From the NCBI GenBank assembly GCA_965221375.1, contig OZ244883.1, forward strand, positions 384,071 through 448,070: 64,000 nt of DNA, given 5' to 3'. Positions 1 through 11,013 of this stretch are shown in pieces. Source of the DNA: an uncultured candidatus Porisulfidus sp. Its GTDB lineage: Bacteria > Pseudomonadota > Gammaproteobacteria > Poriferisulfidales > Poriferisulfidaceae. Position numbers and translations under genes: made by a program. The notes under the pieces are model-generated. The model was not told the DNA's origin. It searched no databases and saw nothing but the letters and a program-made list of their open reading frames with translations. Position 1 is the stretch's first letter. Each line of letters begins with the position of its first letter.

Positions 1-698
<698 letters not shown>

Positions 699-702
<4 letters not shown>

Positions 703-2000
703 CCCTGTCATGTGCTGTTGAGCATGCGCTGGCGCAATTGCCCATTGCGTGCCCGGAGGCGGAGACCTGGACGGTCGCCTACAGCGGTGGATTGGACTCT
801 TCGGTCCTGTTGCACGCTGCCCATAAACAAGCCCAGGCCTGCGGTCGCGAAGTGCGCGCGGTGCATGTCAATCACGGGCTGCAGCCGGCGGCCGCGGATT
901 TCGAACGCCATTGCGTGACGGCTTGCGCGGCCTGGGATATTCCGCTGACCATTGAACGCGGCCCCGCCACAGCGATTTCCCAGGGCAACGTCGAGGCCCA
1001 GGCCCGACAGAGGCGCTACGAGGCCTTGCGGGCCTATACGCAAGCGCGGACCGCAGTGCTGATGGCGCACCACCAGGACGATCAGGCCGAGACCTTATTG
1101 CTGCAGCTGTTTCGGGGTTCGGGCACCAGCGGCACCGCCGGGATGCCGGTTCGGCGGGAGTGGGGAGAGGGGCAACTGGTCCGACCTTTCCTGAATGTAT
1201 CGCGACGCGATATTGAGCAGTACGCGCAGAAGCATGAGGTGCCCTACATTGAGGACCCCAGCAATGCGGACACACGGCTGGAGCGCAATTTTTTGCGTCG
1301 GGAAGCCTGGCCGCTTTTACGGCAACGTTGGCCGGAACTGTCGACCACATTGGCGCGCGCGGCGCGGCATCAGGCGCATGCGGCCCGTCTGTTACGGGAA
1401 CGTGCCGAGGAAGATTTGGGTCCGGCGCGCGAGGTGCCTGTGGCGCGTCTGACGCCCTTGTCGGAGGACCGCCAGATCAATGCGCTACGTTTTTGGATTA
1501 TGCGGGAAGGCTATGCGCCGCCAAGTGAAAAGCGCCTGCGCAACTGGCTGCACATCGTGCACTCCGCCGCAGAGGATCGGTTACCCCAGGATCGTTTTGA
1601 GGATTATGAAATTCGACGCTGGCGGGGCTGTTTGTATTTGACTCCGCGCCAGCCGGAAGTCTCGTCCGATCGTCGCTGGTTATGGCGGCGAGGGGAGACG
1701 TTGGAACTCCCGGAACTGGGCATGACGCTGGACTGGCCCGCCTTGCAGGCGCAAGTATCGGAGCGGGTGGAAACGGATGTGGAAGTGCGTTTGCGCCGCG
1801 GAGGTGAACGCTGTCAACAAAGTGGGCGGCCCCGTCGTCGGGCGCTTAAAAAACTTCTGCAGGAGGCGGGTGTGCCTCCCTGGAACCGCAATCGCATCCC
1901 GCTGATCTACCAGCGCGAGCAACTCCGGCTGGTGTGGCGCCACTTCGAATGTGTGGCGCCACCCGCTGTACCGTTACTTCGTGGACAGGCCGAACAGTGA
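699..2000 (+). CDS. tilS: tRNA(Ile)-lysidine synthetase
   Basis: PP-loop [11 protein letters not shown] near N-terminus. 433 aa. The accA-tilS order with a 4-nt overlap is canonical. Confidence 0.85.
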
Positions 2001-2207
2001 GTAGACCGGGCAGCTTCCCACGGCTCCGGTGGCCAGGGGAATCAATCCCAGCCAACCCCACCAAGCCATATCGAATTCCATGAGTCCGATGTACAGAATT
2101 GCGACGCCTGCCACGATTCGCAGGAGTCGCTCCAGCATATGCACATTGACCGTCATAATTTTCATCCTCCAAAAGTGGATATTAGGCTCGTCTGGTGACG
2201 AAACCAC
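1974..2207 (-). CDS. DUF2892 (YgaP-like) small inner-membrane protein
   Basis: 77 aa, two hydrophobic segments, GxxxxCPxY-like C-terminal motif ([10 protein letters not shown]). Confidence 0.55.
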   Translation of the reverse strand: MVSSPDEPNIHFWRMKIMTVNVHMLERLLRIVAGVAILYIGLMEFDMAWWGWLGLIPLATGAVGSCPVYSLFGLSTK

Positions 2208-2309
2208 ACTCCCTAGAGTGTACCTATTTGGCCTTTAAAGCAAATTAAAAGTTCCCCCGCGGCGCACGTTGTTGACCGGTATGCTATTCTGTAGTCCCGT
2301 CCAGAGCAT

Positions 2310-3935
2310 ATGGGAGCGCCATTCGTGACGCGATTTGTTTTCATTACGGGCGGGGTTGTTTCATCGCTTGGCAAAGGAATTTCAGCCGCCTCGCTGGGGG
2401 CGCTGCTGGAAGCGCGGGGTCTTGAGGTGTCCATGATCAAACTGGACCCCTACATCAACGTGGACCCGGGCACCATGAGCCCGTTTCAGCATGGCGAGGT
2501 GTTTGTCACAGCCGACGGGGCGGAAACCGATTTGGACCTGGGGCATTACGAGCGTTTCGTCAATTTCCGCGCCAGCAAATCAAGCAACTGGACGACCGGT
2601 CAGATCTACGAGCGGGTAATCGCCTGCGAGCGACGCGGCGAATACCTGGGCTCGACCGTACAGGTTATTCCCCATATCACCGACGAAATCAAGAATTGCG
2701 TGCAACTGGGCGCTTCGGATGCGGACATCTGCATCGTCGAAATCGGGGGCACGGTGGGCGACATCGAGTCGCTGCCTTTTATTGAGGCGATTCGGCAGAT
2801 GGGAGGCGAACTGGGCCGCGATTGCGCGGCCTTTATTCATTTGACGCTGGTGCCTTATATCAAAGTGTCGGGCGAGATCAAAACCAAACCGACACAGCAT
2901 TCCGTCAAGGAACTGCGCTCAATCGGTATTCAGCCCGATATCCTGTTGTGCCGCACGGATGCGGAGATTCCCGAAGATCAGCGCCGGAAAATCGCTCTGT
3001 TTACCAATGTGCGGGATGCGGCGGTCATCGAAGTGGTCAACCAGGACGACATTCATGCCATTCCACTGGCCCTGCACGCGCAGGGACTGGACGATCTGGT
3101 GGTGCAGCAATTCCAGTTGTCCGCGCCGACGGCGGATTTATCGGCCTGGCGCGAGGTTGTGACGGCGCGCGAGGCCCAGCGTGGACAGGTCACGGTGGCC
3201 ATGGTGGGCAAATACGTGGAATTGACGGAGTCGTACAAATCGCTCAATGAAGCCCTGCAGCATGCAGGCTTGCACAATCGGGTGCGCGTCGACATTCGTT
3301 ATGTGGATTCCGAGCAGGTCGAGCAGGAAGGCACGAAGGTGCTGGAAGGCGCCCAGGTGATTTTGGTGCCGGGCGGCTTCGGGGAGCGGGGCATTGAAGG
3401 CAAGATCGCGGCGGCGGGTTACGCTCGGGAGCAGGGCATTCCCTATCTCGGCATCTGTTTGGGGATGCAGGTGGCGGTTATTGAATATGCGCGGAATTGT
3501 CTGAATCTCGAAGGAGCCCACAGTACGGAGTTTGACCGTTCAACCCCCCATCCGGTGGTGGCTTTGATCACCGAATGGATGACGCCGGAAGGGGAGCGGG
3601 AATTCCGCGATGCCCATTCCGACCTGGGGGGCACGATGCGCTTGGGCGAGCAGCCTTGCCAACTGTCCGCAAAGAGTCGCCTGCGCGAGATTTACGGAGA
3701 AGACATCGTCCATGAGCGGCACCGGCATCGCTATGAGATCAACAATCACTATTTGGATAAATTGACTGGGGAAAATCTGGCGGTGGTGGGTTTGTCACAT
3801 GACGACCAATTGGTGGAAGCGGTGGAATTGTCGGACCACCCCTGGTTCATCGGCTGCCAGTTTCATCCGGAATTCACCTCTTCGCCGTTGCGAGGTCATC
3901 CCTTGTTCAACAGCCTGATTCGAGCCGCACTGTGA
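2310..3935 (+). CDS. pyrG: CTP synthase
   Basis: [16 protein letters not shown]-terminus; glutamine amidotransferase domain GICLGMQ. Start may be GTG at 2325. Confidence 0.95.
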   Translation: MGAPFVTRFVFITGGVVSSLGKGISAASLGALLEARGLEVSMIKLDPYINVDPGTMSPFQHGEVFVTADGAETDLDLGHYERFVNFRASKSSNWTTGQIYERVIACERRGEYLGSTVQVIPHITDEIKNCVQLGASDADICIVEIGGTVGDIESLPFIEAIRQMGGELGRDCAAFIHLTLVPYIKVSGEIKTKPTQHSVKELRSIGIQPDILLCRTDAEIPEDQRRKIALFTNVRDAAVIEVVNQDDIHAIPLALHAQGLDDLVVQQFQLSAPTADLSAWREVVTAREAQRGQVTVAMVGKYVELTESYKSLNEALQHAGLHNRVRVDIRYVDSEQVEQEGTKVLEGAQVILVPGGFGERGIEGKIAAAGYAREQGIPYLGICLGMQVAVIEYARNCLNLEGAHSTEFDRSTPHPVVALITEWMTPEGEREFRDAHSDLGGTMRLGEQPCQLSAKSRLREIYGEDIVHERHRHRYEINNHYLDKLTGENLAVVGLSHDDQLVEAVELSDHPWFIGCQFHPEFTSSPLRGHPLFNSLIRAAL

Positions 3936-4765
3936 GCGCCCAGGCATTTTGCGATTTTCAGGCAGGCGTGCATCAGCCGCTGTTTCTGATTGCGGGGCCA
4001 TGCGTCATTGAAAGCGAAGCGCGCGTACTGCAGATCGCGGAGCATCTGTCGGAACTGACGCAACGCCTTGAAATACCTTATGTTTTCAAGGCCTCCTATG
4101 ACAAGGCCAACCGCACCAGCGGCGACAGTTTTCGCGGCCCGGGCATTGAGGAGGGGCTGCGTATTCTGGAACGGGTAAAAAGTGATTATGGGGTGCCGGT
4201 ACTGACGGACGTGCATGAAAACACGCCCATTGACGAAGTGGCGGCGGTGGTGGATGTGCTTCAGACTCCGGCGTTTTTGTGTCGGCAGACGGATTTTGTG
4301 GTGCGCGTCGCTTCTGCCGGCAAGCCGGTCAATCTCAAGAAGGGGCAATTTCTGTCACCCTGGGAGATGTCGAAAGTGGTCGACAAGGCGCGGGCTGCGG
4401 GTAACGACAGTTTGATGGTGTGCGAACGCGGAGTCAGTTTCGGTTACAACAACCTGATTTCAGACATGCGTGCGTTGGCCGTATTGCGTGAGACGAATTG
4501 TCCGGTGGTTTTTGACGCGACGCATTCAGTGCAATTACCAGGAGGAGCTGGGGCAGTGTCGGGTGGGCAGCGGGAGTTTGTGCCGACCTTGGCGCGTGCG
4601 GCGGTTGCCGTGGGCGTCGCCGGTCTGTTTATGGAGACGCACCCCGACCCGGATCAAGCGCTTAGCGACGGACCCAACGCCTGGCCGCTGGCGCAAATGG
4701 AAAGTCTGCTGGAAGTGTTGCGGGAACTGGACGCGGTCGCCAAGCAGTCCTTGTCGCCCGCGTAA
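3932..4765 (+). CDS. kdsA: 3-deoxy-8-phosphooctulonate synthase (KDO8P synthase)
   Basis: 277 aa. [12 protein letters not shown]...[12 protein letters not shown]. pyrG-kdsA order with 4-nt overlap. Confidence 0.95.
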   Translation: MSAQAFCDFQAGVHQPLFLIAGPCVIESEARVLQIAEHLSELTQRLEIPYVFKASYDKANRTSGDSFRGPGIEEGLRILERVKSDYGVPVLTDVHENTPIDEVAAVVDVLQTPAFLCRQTDFVVRVASAGKPVNLKKGQFLSPWEMSKVVDKARAAGNDSLMVCERGVSFGYNNLISDMRALAVLRETNCPVVFDATHSVQLPGGAGAVSGGQREFVPTLARAAVAVGVAGLFMETHPDPDQALSDGPNAWPLAQMESLLEVLRELDAVAKQSLSPA

Positions 4766-4779
4766 AAAAAATGTGTGCG

Positions 4780-6141
4780 TTACAGCAGTAGCGCGGTCCC
4801 AATCCCCAAAAAGGCCACAAAGCCCACCACGTCGGTGACCGTGGTCAGAATCACGCCGCCGGCCAAAGCCGGATCGATGCCGAAACGCTGAAGCGCCGTT
4901 GGCAACAACACGCCGCTGAGGGCGGCGACGACCAGATTGGCAATCAACGCCAGGGCGATCACCACGCCAATCATCCAATTGCCGAACCACCAGCTGGCGA
5001 TTAGGGCGACGACGCCACACCAAACCAGACTGTTGATCAGACTGATGCCGACTTCCTTGAAAATCAAGGCGCGCTGGTTGTGGGCGTTGATTTGGCCGAG
5101 GGCGATGCCGCGGATGACCAGAATTAAGGTTTGGCTGCCGGCGATGCCGCCCATGCTGGCGACGATGGGCATCAAGACCGCCAGTGCGACGATGCGCTCA
5201 AGCGTGTCCTGAAACAGCCCGATGGCAGCGGCGGCTGCGAATGCGGTAGCCAGGTTGATTCCCAGCCATACCGCGCGGCGGCGGGCGGCCGGCAGGACCG
5301 AGGCAAACAGGTCCTCATCTTCCCGAAGTCCGACATAGCTGCTCAGTGCGTCCGTGCCTTCGTCGCGGATGACATCGACGATATCGTCGACGGTGATTCG
5401 CCCCAGCAGGCGGCCGTCGTCATCGACGACGGCGGCGGACACCAGATCGCGGTCTTCAAAGATAGCCGCAACATCCCGGTCCGCCATACTGGCCGGAATC
5501 GCTTGCGGTTCGGTTTCCATCACTTCCTCGACACGCTGGTGCGGGTCGCGCACGAACAGTTCCGTCAGCGCAAGCACCCCGCGGTAGCGTTCAAAACGAT
5601 CCACCACCATCAAGGTGTCGGTGTGGCTGGGGATGGCGCCGAGACGACGCAGATAACGCAGCACCACTTCCAGAGTCACGTCGGCGCGTACGGTGATGAC
5701 ATCGGTATCCATCAAGCCGCCGGCGGTGTCCTCGTCGTAGGTAAGGACCGCCTCCAGCCGGGATCGATGATCCCGGTCCATGCCATTGAGGACCTGGGCG
5801 CTGACGGTTTCGGGCAGATCCACCAGCAAGTCGGCCAGATCGTCGATCTCCAGACCGTCGACGGCACGTACCAGGGCGTCTTCGTCCATCTCATCGATCA
5901 GGGAAGCGCGCACCTCGTCACCCACTTCCAAAAGCACATCGCCGTGATGCGCTTCATCCAGCAAGTCCCAGACGATAAAGCGCTGGACGCGGGGGAGGGA
6001 TTCCAGCAACTGCGCCGTTTCCGCCGGATGCAGGGCGTACAGCATCTGCCGCACCGGCTGCAGTGCGCCGGTGTTCAGGGCTTCCGTTAACGCTTGATAA
6101 GCCTCACCAGGAGCGTGGGCGGCGGAAGTTTGAGCGGTCAT
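4780..6141 (-). CDS. mgtE: Magnesium transporter MgtE
   Basis: 453 aa. N-terminal MgtE_N domain, tandem CBS domains, C-terminal 5-TM MgtE channel domain. Confidence 0.9.
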   Translation of the reverse strand: MTAQTSAAHAPGEAYQALTEALNTGALQPVRQMLYALHPAETAQLLESLPRVQRFIVWDLLDEAHHGDVLLEVGDEVRASLIDEMDEDALVRAVDGLEIDDLADLLVDLPETVSAQVLNGMDRDHRSRLEAVLTYDEDTAGGLMDTDVITVRADVTLEVVLRYLRRLGAIPSHTDTLMVVDRFERYRGVLALTELFVRDPHQRVEEVMETEPQAIPASMADRDVAAIFEDRDLVSAAVVDDDGRLLGRITVDDIVDVIRDEGTDALSSYVGLREDEDLFASVLPAARRRAVWLGINLATAFAAAAAIGLFQDTLERIVALAVLMPIVASMGGIAGSQTLILVIRGIALGQINAHNQRALIFKEVGISLINSLVWCGVVALIASWWFGNWMIGVVIALALIANLVVAALSGVLLPTALQRFGIDPALAGGVILTTVTDVVGFVAFLGIGTALLL

Positions 6142-6165
6142 CGTTTGGTGGCTTTATGCTGACGG

Positions 6166-7893
6166 TTACACCCGGTTCATGGTGTCAACCATGCCGCGGA
6201 TTTGCTCGGGATTTTGACACTCGAGGATTTGCTCGGCCTGGGCGCGGACTTCGGCGGCCGATGTATTGAGAATGATGTGTTTGATTTCCAACAGCACATT
6301 TGGATTCATGCTGAATTCGCGCAAGCCCAGGCCCACAAGCAATCGTGCCAACTGGGGATTGCTTGCCATCTCACCACACATGCTGACGGGTGTGTTCGTG
6401 TTTTCGCCTGCCTCGATCGTCCGGCGGATCAACCGCAGAACGGCCGGATGCAAGGGGTCGAACAAATAGTTGACCTGGTCGTCGACCCGATCAATGGCCA
6501 AAGTGTATTGGATCAGGTCATTGGTTCCGATCGACAGGAAATCGAGATGCCGGGCGAACAGTTCCGCCGAAATGGCCGCGGCCGGGACTTCGATCATGCC
6601 GCCGATGCGGGTCTTAGGGTCAAAATCAATCCGGTCGTTTTTCAACTCCTGCTTGCACTGTTCTATCAGCGCAAGGCTTTGCGACAGTTCGGCAATGTTG
6701 GTCAGCATCGGCAGCATGATTTCGACCGGACCATGGGCGGAGGCGCGCAAAATCGCATGCAACTGCGCCATGAAAGTGGGTTTATCCTGCAGCGAGCGGC
6801 GGATCGCCCGCAAACCCAAAGCCGGGTTGGGGGCAATGGCGCCTTCGTAATCGGGATCGAATTCCTTGTCCGCGCCCAGGTCCAACGTGCGAATCGTCAG
6901 CGGCTTGCCTTCCAGAGCCAGCACCAGGTCCCGATAAATTTCATATTGTTCGTCACTGTCGGCGCTATGTTCGCGGTTCAGATAAAAGAATTCCGTGCGG
7001 TACAGCCCGACGCCGTCGGCGTGCACTTCATGCACTTGCGAGACATCTTCGACCAGATCAACGTTGCATTTCAGGGAAACCGCCTGTTCATCGCGTGTGA
7101 TTACCGGTCTTTCGCGAATTTTCTCCAGGCTTTCGACACGTTCCTGTTCCAGGCGCTGGTAGTTGCGGTACTGGTCGATCAACCAGTCGTCGGTGGCGGA
7201 CAAAACGGTGCCGGAGTTGCCGTCCACCAGCAGCAATTCGCCATCCTGGATTAATTCGCTGGAGTTGTGAATGCCGACGATGGCGGGAATGCCGAGGCTG
7301 CGCGCCAGGATGGCGGTGTGCGACATGGGGCTGCCGAATTCGGTGACAAAGGCGGCAATGTTCTGATGCTGCAGCTCGACGGTGTCGGCTGGAGTCAAAT
7401 CATCCGCCAAAACGATACTTCCGGTCAGGTCCGGGGGTCGACCATTCCCTTCTTCGGGACTCAGGTTTTGTTGAATTTTGCGAATCACATGCTGCAGGTC
7501 GTTGCGCCGGGTGCGCAAGTAAGGGTCGTCCATGGCGTCGAAGACGCGCACCAGCTCTTCCAGCGTCTGCTCCAAAGCCCATTCGGCATTGCACTGCTCA
7601 GCACGAATCAGTTGTTCCGGGGTGTCCGTCAGCAAGGCGTCGTCAAGCATCAGCAGGTGGGAGTCGATAAAAGCGCCGATCTCATCGCGCATGGCGGCCG
7701 GGGCGAGTTGCCGGGCACTTTGCATCTGTTCCTTGGATTCTTCCCGTGCTTGATGCAGGCGGGTGATTTCCGACTCCACCTCCTCAGGCTCCAACGTACG
7801 CTTAACGATGTTGGCCTGGCCGTGCTGGAAGACGTACGCGGGCCCTTGTGCGACGCCGCGCGAGACGCCGATGCCATTGACAATCATGGGCAT
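6166..7893 (-). CDS. ptsI: Phosphoenolpyruvate-protein phosphotransferase (PTS enzyme I, no GAF domain)
   Basis: 575 aa. Co-linear with E. coli PtsI (GGRTSHTAILARSLGIPAIVG, CGEMASNPQ). Overlaps the HPr gene by about 10 nt. Confidence 0.9.
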   Translation of the reverse strand: MPMIVNGIGVSRGVAQGPAYVFQHGQANIVKRTLEPEEVESEITRLHQAREESKEQMQSARQLAPAAMRDEIGAFIDSHLLMLDDALLTDTPEQLIRAEQCNAEWALEQTLEELVRVFDAMDDPYLRTRRNDLQHVIRKIQQNLSPEEGNGRPPDLTGSIVLADDLTPADTVELQHQNIAAFVTEFGSPMSHTAILARSLGIPAIVGIHNSSELIQDGELLLVDGNSGTVLSATDDWLIDQYRNYQRLEQERVESLEKIRERPVITRDEQAVSLKCNVDLVEDVSQVHEVHADGVGLYRTEFFYLNREHSADSDEQYEIYRDLVLALEGKPLTIRTLDLGADKEFDPDYEGAIAPNPALGLRAIRRSLQDKPTFMAQLHAILRASAHGPVEIMLPMLTNIAELSQSLALIEQCKQELKNDRIDFDPKTRIGGMIEVPAAAISAELFARHLDFLSIGTNDLIQYTLAIDRVDDQVNYLFDPLHPAVLRLIRRTIEAGENTNTPVSMCGEMASNPQLARLLVGLGLREFSMNPNVLLEIKHIILNTSAAEVRAQAEQILECQNPEQIRGMVDTMNRV

Positions 7894-8165
7894 GGTTCGG
7901 CACCCTCCTCAAAACCACTCCCGAACAAATCCAAGATGGCCTGCATGGCTTCGGCTTCGTCGTCTCCACTGACAAATAATTTCACTTCAGTGCCATGGGT
8001 GGCCGCCAGCATCATGACGCTGATGACACTTTTGGCATTGGCCCGCTGACCGTTTTTTTCGATCTCCACACTGGCCTGATAAGCCCCGGCAGTGCGAACC
8101 AGTTTGGCGGCGGCCCGGGCGTGGATGCCCAGCTTGTTGACGACTTTGGCTTCGGCTTCAATCAC
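7884..8165 (-). CDS. ptsH: HPr-family phosphocarrier protein (NPr-like)
   Basis: 93 aa. Active-site GIHARAA at residues 13-19. Confidence 0.85.
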   Translation of the reverse strand: MIEAEAKVVNKLGIHARAAAKLVRTAGAYQASVEIEKNGQRANAKSVISVMMLAATHGTEVKLFVSGDDEAEAMQAILDLFGSGFEEGAEPCP

Positions 8166-8563
8166 AATACTTCTCCCACTTCAATGACGACGCCGGCCCG
8201 GGCGTTGGAAGCCAGGCTCTCCGCCAGTTGCGAACGGCTTTGGCGGGGCATGTTGAACAATCGGACCACCATCGGCAGATTAATGCCGGAGATCAGGGTC
8301 GTATCCGGATATTCCAAAAGCATGCGACGGGCGAGGTTGTAAGGAGTTGCGCCGTACAAATCGCTAAGAATCAAAAGACCGTCGCGGCAGTCCAAAGAGG
8401 CGCGCAGTTTTTTTAGATCCTCGAAAGCCGCGTCTAAATTGCAGTCTTCAATGACGCCGTAACAGGCCAAGTTTTCCGGCGGCGCCGCAAAAATCACTGT
8501 CGCCATCTCCACCAACTGCCGGCCCAACTCACGGTGGGTCAGCGTGAGAACGCCGATACTCAT
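8162..8563 (-). CDS. PTS EIIA component, mannose/fructose family (soluble, no permease partner)
   Basis: Start re-set to MSIGVLTLTHRELG (the ORF-track upstream extension overlaps rapZ). ManX EIIA-like, with a His at the conserved position. Overlaps the rapZ stop by 4 nt. Confidence 0.75.
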   Translation of the reverse strand: MSIGVLTLTHRELGRQLVEMATVIFAAPPENLACYGVIEDCNLDAAFEDLKKLRASLDCRDGLLILSDLYGATPYNLARRMLLEYPDTTLISGINLPMVVRLFNMPRQSRSQLAESLASNARAGVVIEVGEVL

Positions 8564-9426
8564 CCGGAGGTCTCCAGATCGCGGTGCCGCACCGTCAACT
8601 GCAAGGCGGAGTCTTCCGCCAGGCGCCGGTGCAGTTGCTCGACCAGATAAACGGAACGGTGCTGGCCGCCGGTGCAGCCGATGGAAATATTCAGGTAGTG
8701 GCGGCTGGCGCTGAGAAAAGAAGGAATCCAGCGCTGCAGCAGTTGATGCAGTTCCTCCAGCATGGCGCAGGCTTGAGGTTGTGCGTCCAAATAAGCCTGC
8801 ACATTCGCGTCGACGCCGCTGCTTGAGCGAAGCTCGGGCACCCAATGCGGATTGGGCAGGCAACGCGAATCAAACACAAAATCCGAATCGCTGGGCACGC
8901 CGTTGCGGTAGGCAAACGACTGCAGCTGTACCGACATGGGCGTCTGGTCCAGTTTCAGCAATTCGCGCAAGCGGCTGCGCAATTCGTGGACGTTGGTGCG
9001 GGACGTGTCCAGACGCAGGTCGGCCAAATTAGCGATTGGAGCGAGATATTCGCGCTCCCGCTGTACCGCCAACGCCAGCGTGCGCTCGCCGTTGGCCAGC
9101 GGATGGCGGCGGCGGGTTTCGTTGAAACGACGAATCAAAGTATCTTGATCGGCATCCAGAAACAGGACGGTGACTTTGCACGGCAATTGCTGCAGCTGCG
9201 CCAGAATATCGGGGAAACGTTCCAGGTCCGCAGGCTGGGCGCGGGCATCCATGCTGATCGCCGCCTGCTTGGGATATTGGGAATCCGGGTGCAGCAGCAG
9301 TTGGGCGTATTCCAGCAGCATCGACGCCGGCATGTTGTCGACGCAGTGGGCGCCGTGGTCCTCCAAAGTGTCCAGGGCAACGGATTTCCCGGAGCCGGAC
9401 AGGCCGCTGACAATGAGCAACTGCAT
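8560..9426 (-). CDS. rapZ: RNase adaptor protein RapZ (YhbJ)
   Basis: 288 aa. N-terminal P-loop GLSGSGKS. Canonical position after ptsN. Confidence 0.9.
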   Translation of the reverse strand: MQLLIVSGLSGSGKSVALDTLEDHGAHCVDNMPASMLLEYAQLLLHPDSQYPKQAAISMDARAQPADLERFPDILAQLQQLPCKVTVLFLDADQDTLIRRFNETRRRHPLANGERTLALAVQREREYLAPIANLADLRLDTSRTNVHELRSRLRELLKLDQTPMSVQLQSFAYRNGVPSDSDFVFDSRCLPNPHWVPELRSSSGVDANVQAYLDAQPQACAMLEELHQLLQRWIPSFLSASRHYLNISIGCTGGQHRSVYLVEQLHRRLAEDSALQLTVRHRDLETSG

Positions 9427-9431
9427 GGCGT

Positions 9432-9887
9432 TCAGGCAGCCAATGCGCTCAGCAGTGCTTTCGGATCGGTTTGTTCCCGAAGCGTCCGCACGTGGTCTGG
9501 GTTCTGCAGCAGGGTTGCCAGCTCCCCCAGCAGCTTGACATGCTCATCCGGGGACTGCTCCGTTACGGCCAGGGCCACAAAAATATCGACCGGCTGGCCA
9601 TCCTCGGCATCGAAGTCCACGCCTTCGGTCAGCGTGAGAAGGGCGGCGGCGCTGTGGCCCGCGGATTTGAGCCGACAGTGGGGGATGGCGATGCCGCCTC
9701 CCAGGCCGGTGCTACCGAGTTGTTCGCGTTCGGTCAGGTACTCCAACAGCAGGTCGGAGTCCGTATCATCTTCATGGTAACTGAGGGCCAAAGCATCGCT
9801 GAGCGCTTGCAGGGCGCGCTTTTTGCTGCCAACACGCTGCTGGAGAAGCACGTTGTTGGGCCGCAACAGTTCAAGCACGCCTGGCAT
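9432..9887 (-). CDS. ptsN: PTS IIA-like nitrogen regulatory protein (EIIA-Ntr)
   Basis: 151 aa. EIIA-fructose/Ntr fold (GGGIAIPH active-site His). Confidence 0.85.
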   Translation of the reverse strand: MPGVLELLRPNNVLLQQRVGSKKRALQALSDALALSYHEDDTDSDLLLEYLTEREQLGSTGLGGGIAIPHCRLKSAGHSAAALLTLTEGVDFDAEDGQPVDIFVALAVTEQSPDEHVKLLGELATLLQNPDHVRTLREQTDPKALLSALAA

Positions 9888-9894
9888 GCAGGCC

Positions 9895-10221
9895 TCAGCT
9901 CAGTTGATGATGGGTAATCTGGTCCTGGTGATGATCCTTGCGCTTTTCCTTGTACTTGAGAAGTTGCCGATCCAGTTTGCTGACCATTTGGTCGATCGCG
10001 GCGTACATGTCTTCATGTTTGGCGTGGGCGTGTACTTGTTGCTGCCGCACATGCAAAGTGGCTTCGGCGCAGTGGGTGTCGTGTTCGACCGACAGAGTAA
10101 TTTGGCTGGTGATCACGTCCTCAAAATGGCGGGTGAGGCGTTTGAACTTGGTTTCGATACAGTCGCGAATGGAAGCCGTAATGTCAAGATGATGTCCCGT
10201 GATCTTTAGATTCATAATCAA
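9895..10221 (-). CDS. hpf: Ribosome hibernation promoting factor (sigma-54 modulation protein family)
   Basis: About 106 aa. MNLKITGHHLDIT...; probable start at 10215. Confidence 0.85.
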   Translation of the reverse strand: MIMNLKITGHHLDITASIRDCIETKFKRLTRHFEDVITSQITLSVEHDTHCAEATLHVRQQQVHAHAKHEDMYAAIDQMVSKLDRQLLKYKEKRKDHHQDQITHHQLS

Positions 10222-10290
10222 AACTCCCCAAAAGTTTTCAACCTAATTATATAGGGCGACGATAACCCTTCGATTCCGAAGAATGGCGGT

Positions 10291-11013
10291 TCAGAGTCTG
10301 AAATCGGTGCCCAAATAAGCTTCGCGTACTTGAGAATCCGCAAGAATTTCTTCCGTCTCCCCGGCCGCAATAATGCGGCTGTCGGACAGGATATAGGCGT
10401 GGTCGCAGATGCTGAGCGTCTCGCGCACATTGTGGTCGGTGATGATGATGCCGATGCCCTGAGCGCGCAGGCGCTGAATGATGGCTTTGATGTCGGCGAC
10501 GTGCAGCGGATCAATGCCGGCGAAGGGTTCGTCCAGAAGCATGAACGCGGGTTCCGTCGCCAGCGCCCGGGCGATTTCAACGCGGCGCCGCTCACCTCCG
10601 GAAAGCGAGTAGCCGTAATGATGACGCAAGGCGCCGATGGAGAACTCTTCCAACAATACTTCCAGACGCTCCTGCCGCGCTTTGGGAGCGAGGGAGGTCT
10701 GCTCCAGAGTCGCCAGAATGTTGTGCTCGACCGTCAGGCGGCGGAAAATGGAAGGTTCCTGGGGCAGGTAGCCGATCCCCAAACGGGCGCGGGCGCTCAT
10801 GGAGAGGGACGTCAAATCCTTGCCGTTGAGCAGAATCTGTCCCCGGTCGCACGGCACGAGGCCGGCAATCATATAAAAACAGGTGGTTTTGCCGGCTCCG
10901 TTGGGGCCGAGCAATCCAATCACCTGGTGGTCATGCGCGGTCAGGGTGACGTCGGAGACCACCGAGCGGCTGCGGTAGGATTTGCACAGATCGACCGCCT
11001 GGAGTTCGGCCAT
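10291..11013 (-). CDS. lptB: LPS export ABC transporter ATP-binding protein
   Basis: 240 aa. Walker [13 protein letters not shown] signature [15 protein letters not shown]. Confidence 0.95.
   Translation of the reverse strand: MAELQAVDLCKSYRSRSVVSDVTLTAHDHQVIGLLGPNGAGKTTCFYMIAGLVPCDRGQILLNGKDLTSLSMSARARLGIGYLPQEPSIFRRLTVEHNILATLEQTSLAPKARQERLEVLLEEFSIGALRHHYGYSLSGGERRRVEIARALATEPAFMLLDEPFAGIDPLHVADIKAIIQRLRAQGIGIIITDHNVRETLSICDHAYILSDSRIIAAGETEEILADSQVREAYLGTDFRL

Noticed and set aside
5131-7254. 319-aa and 350-aa plus-strand ORFs
   Set aside because: Antisense to mgtE and ptsI respectively. No recognisable domains.
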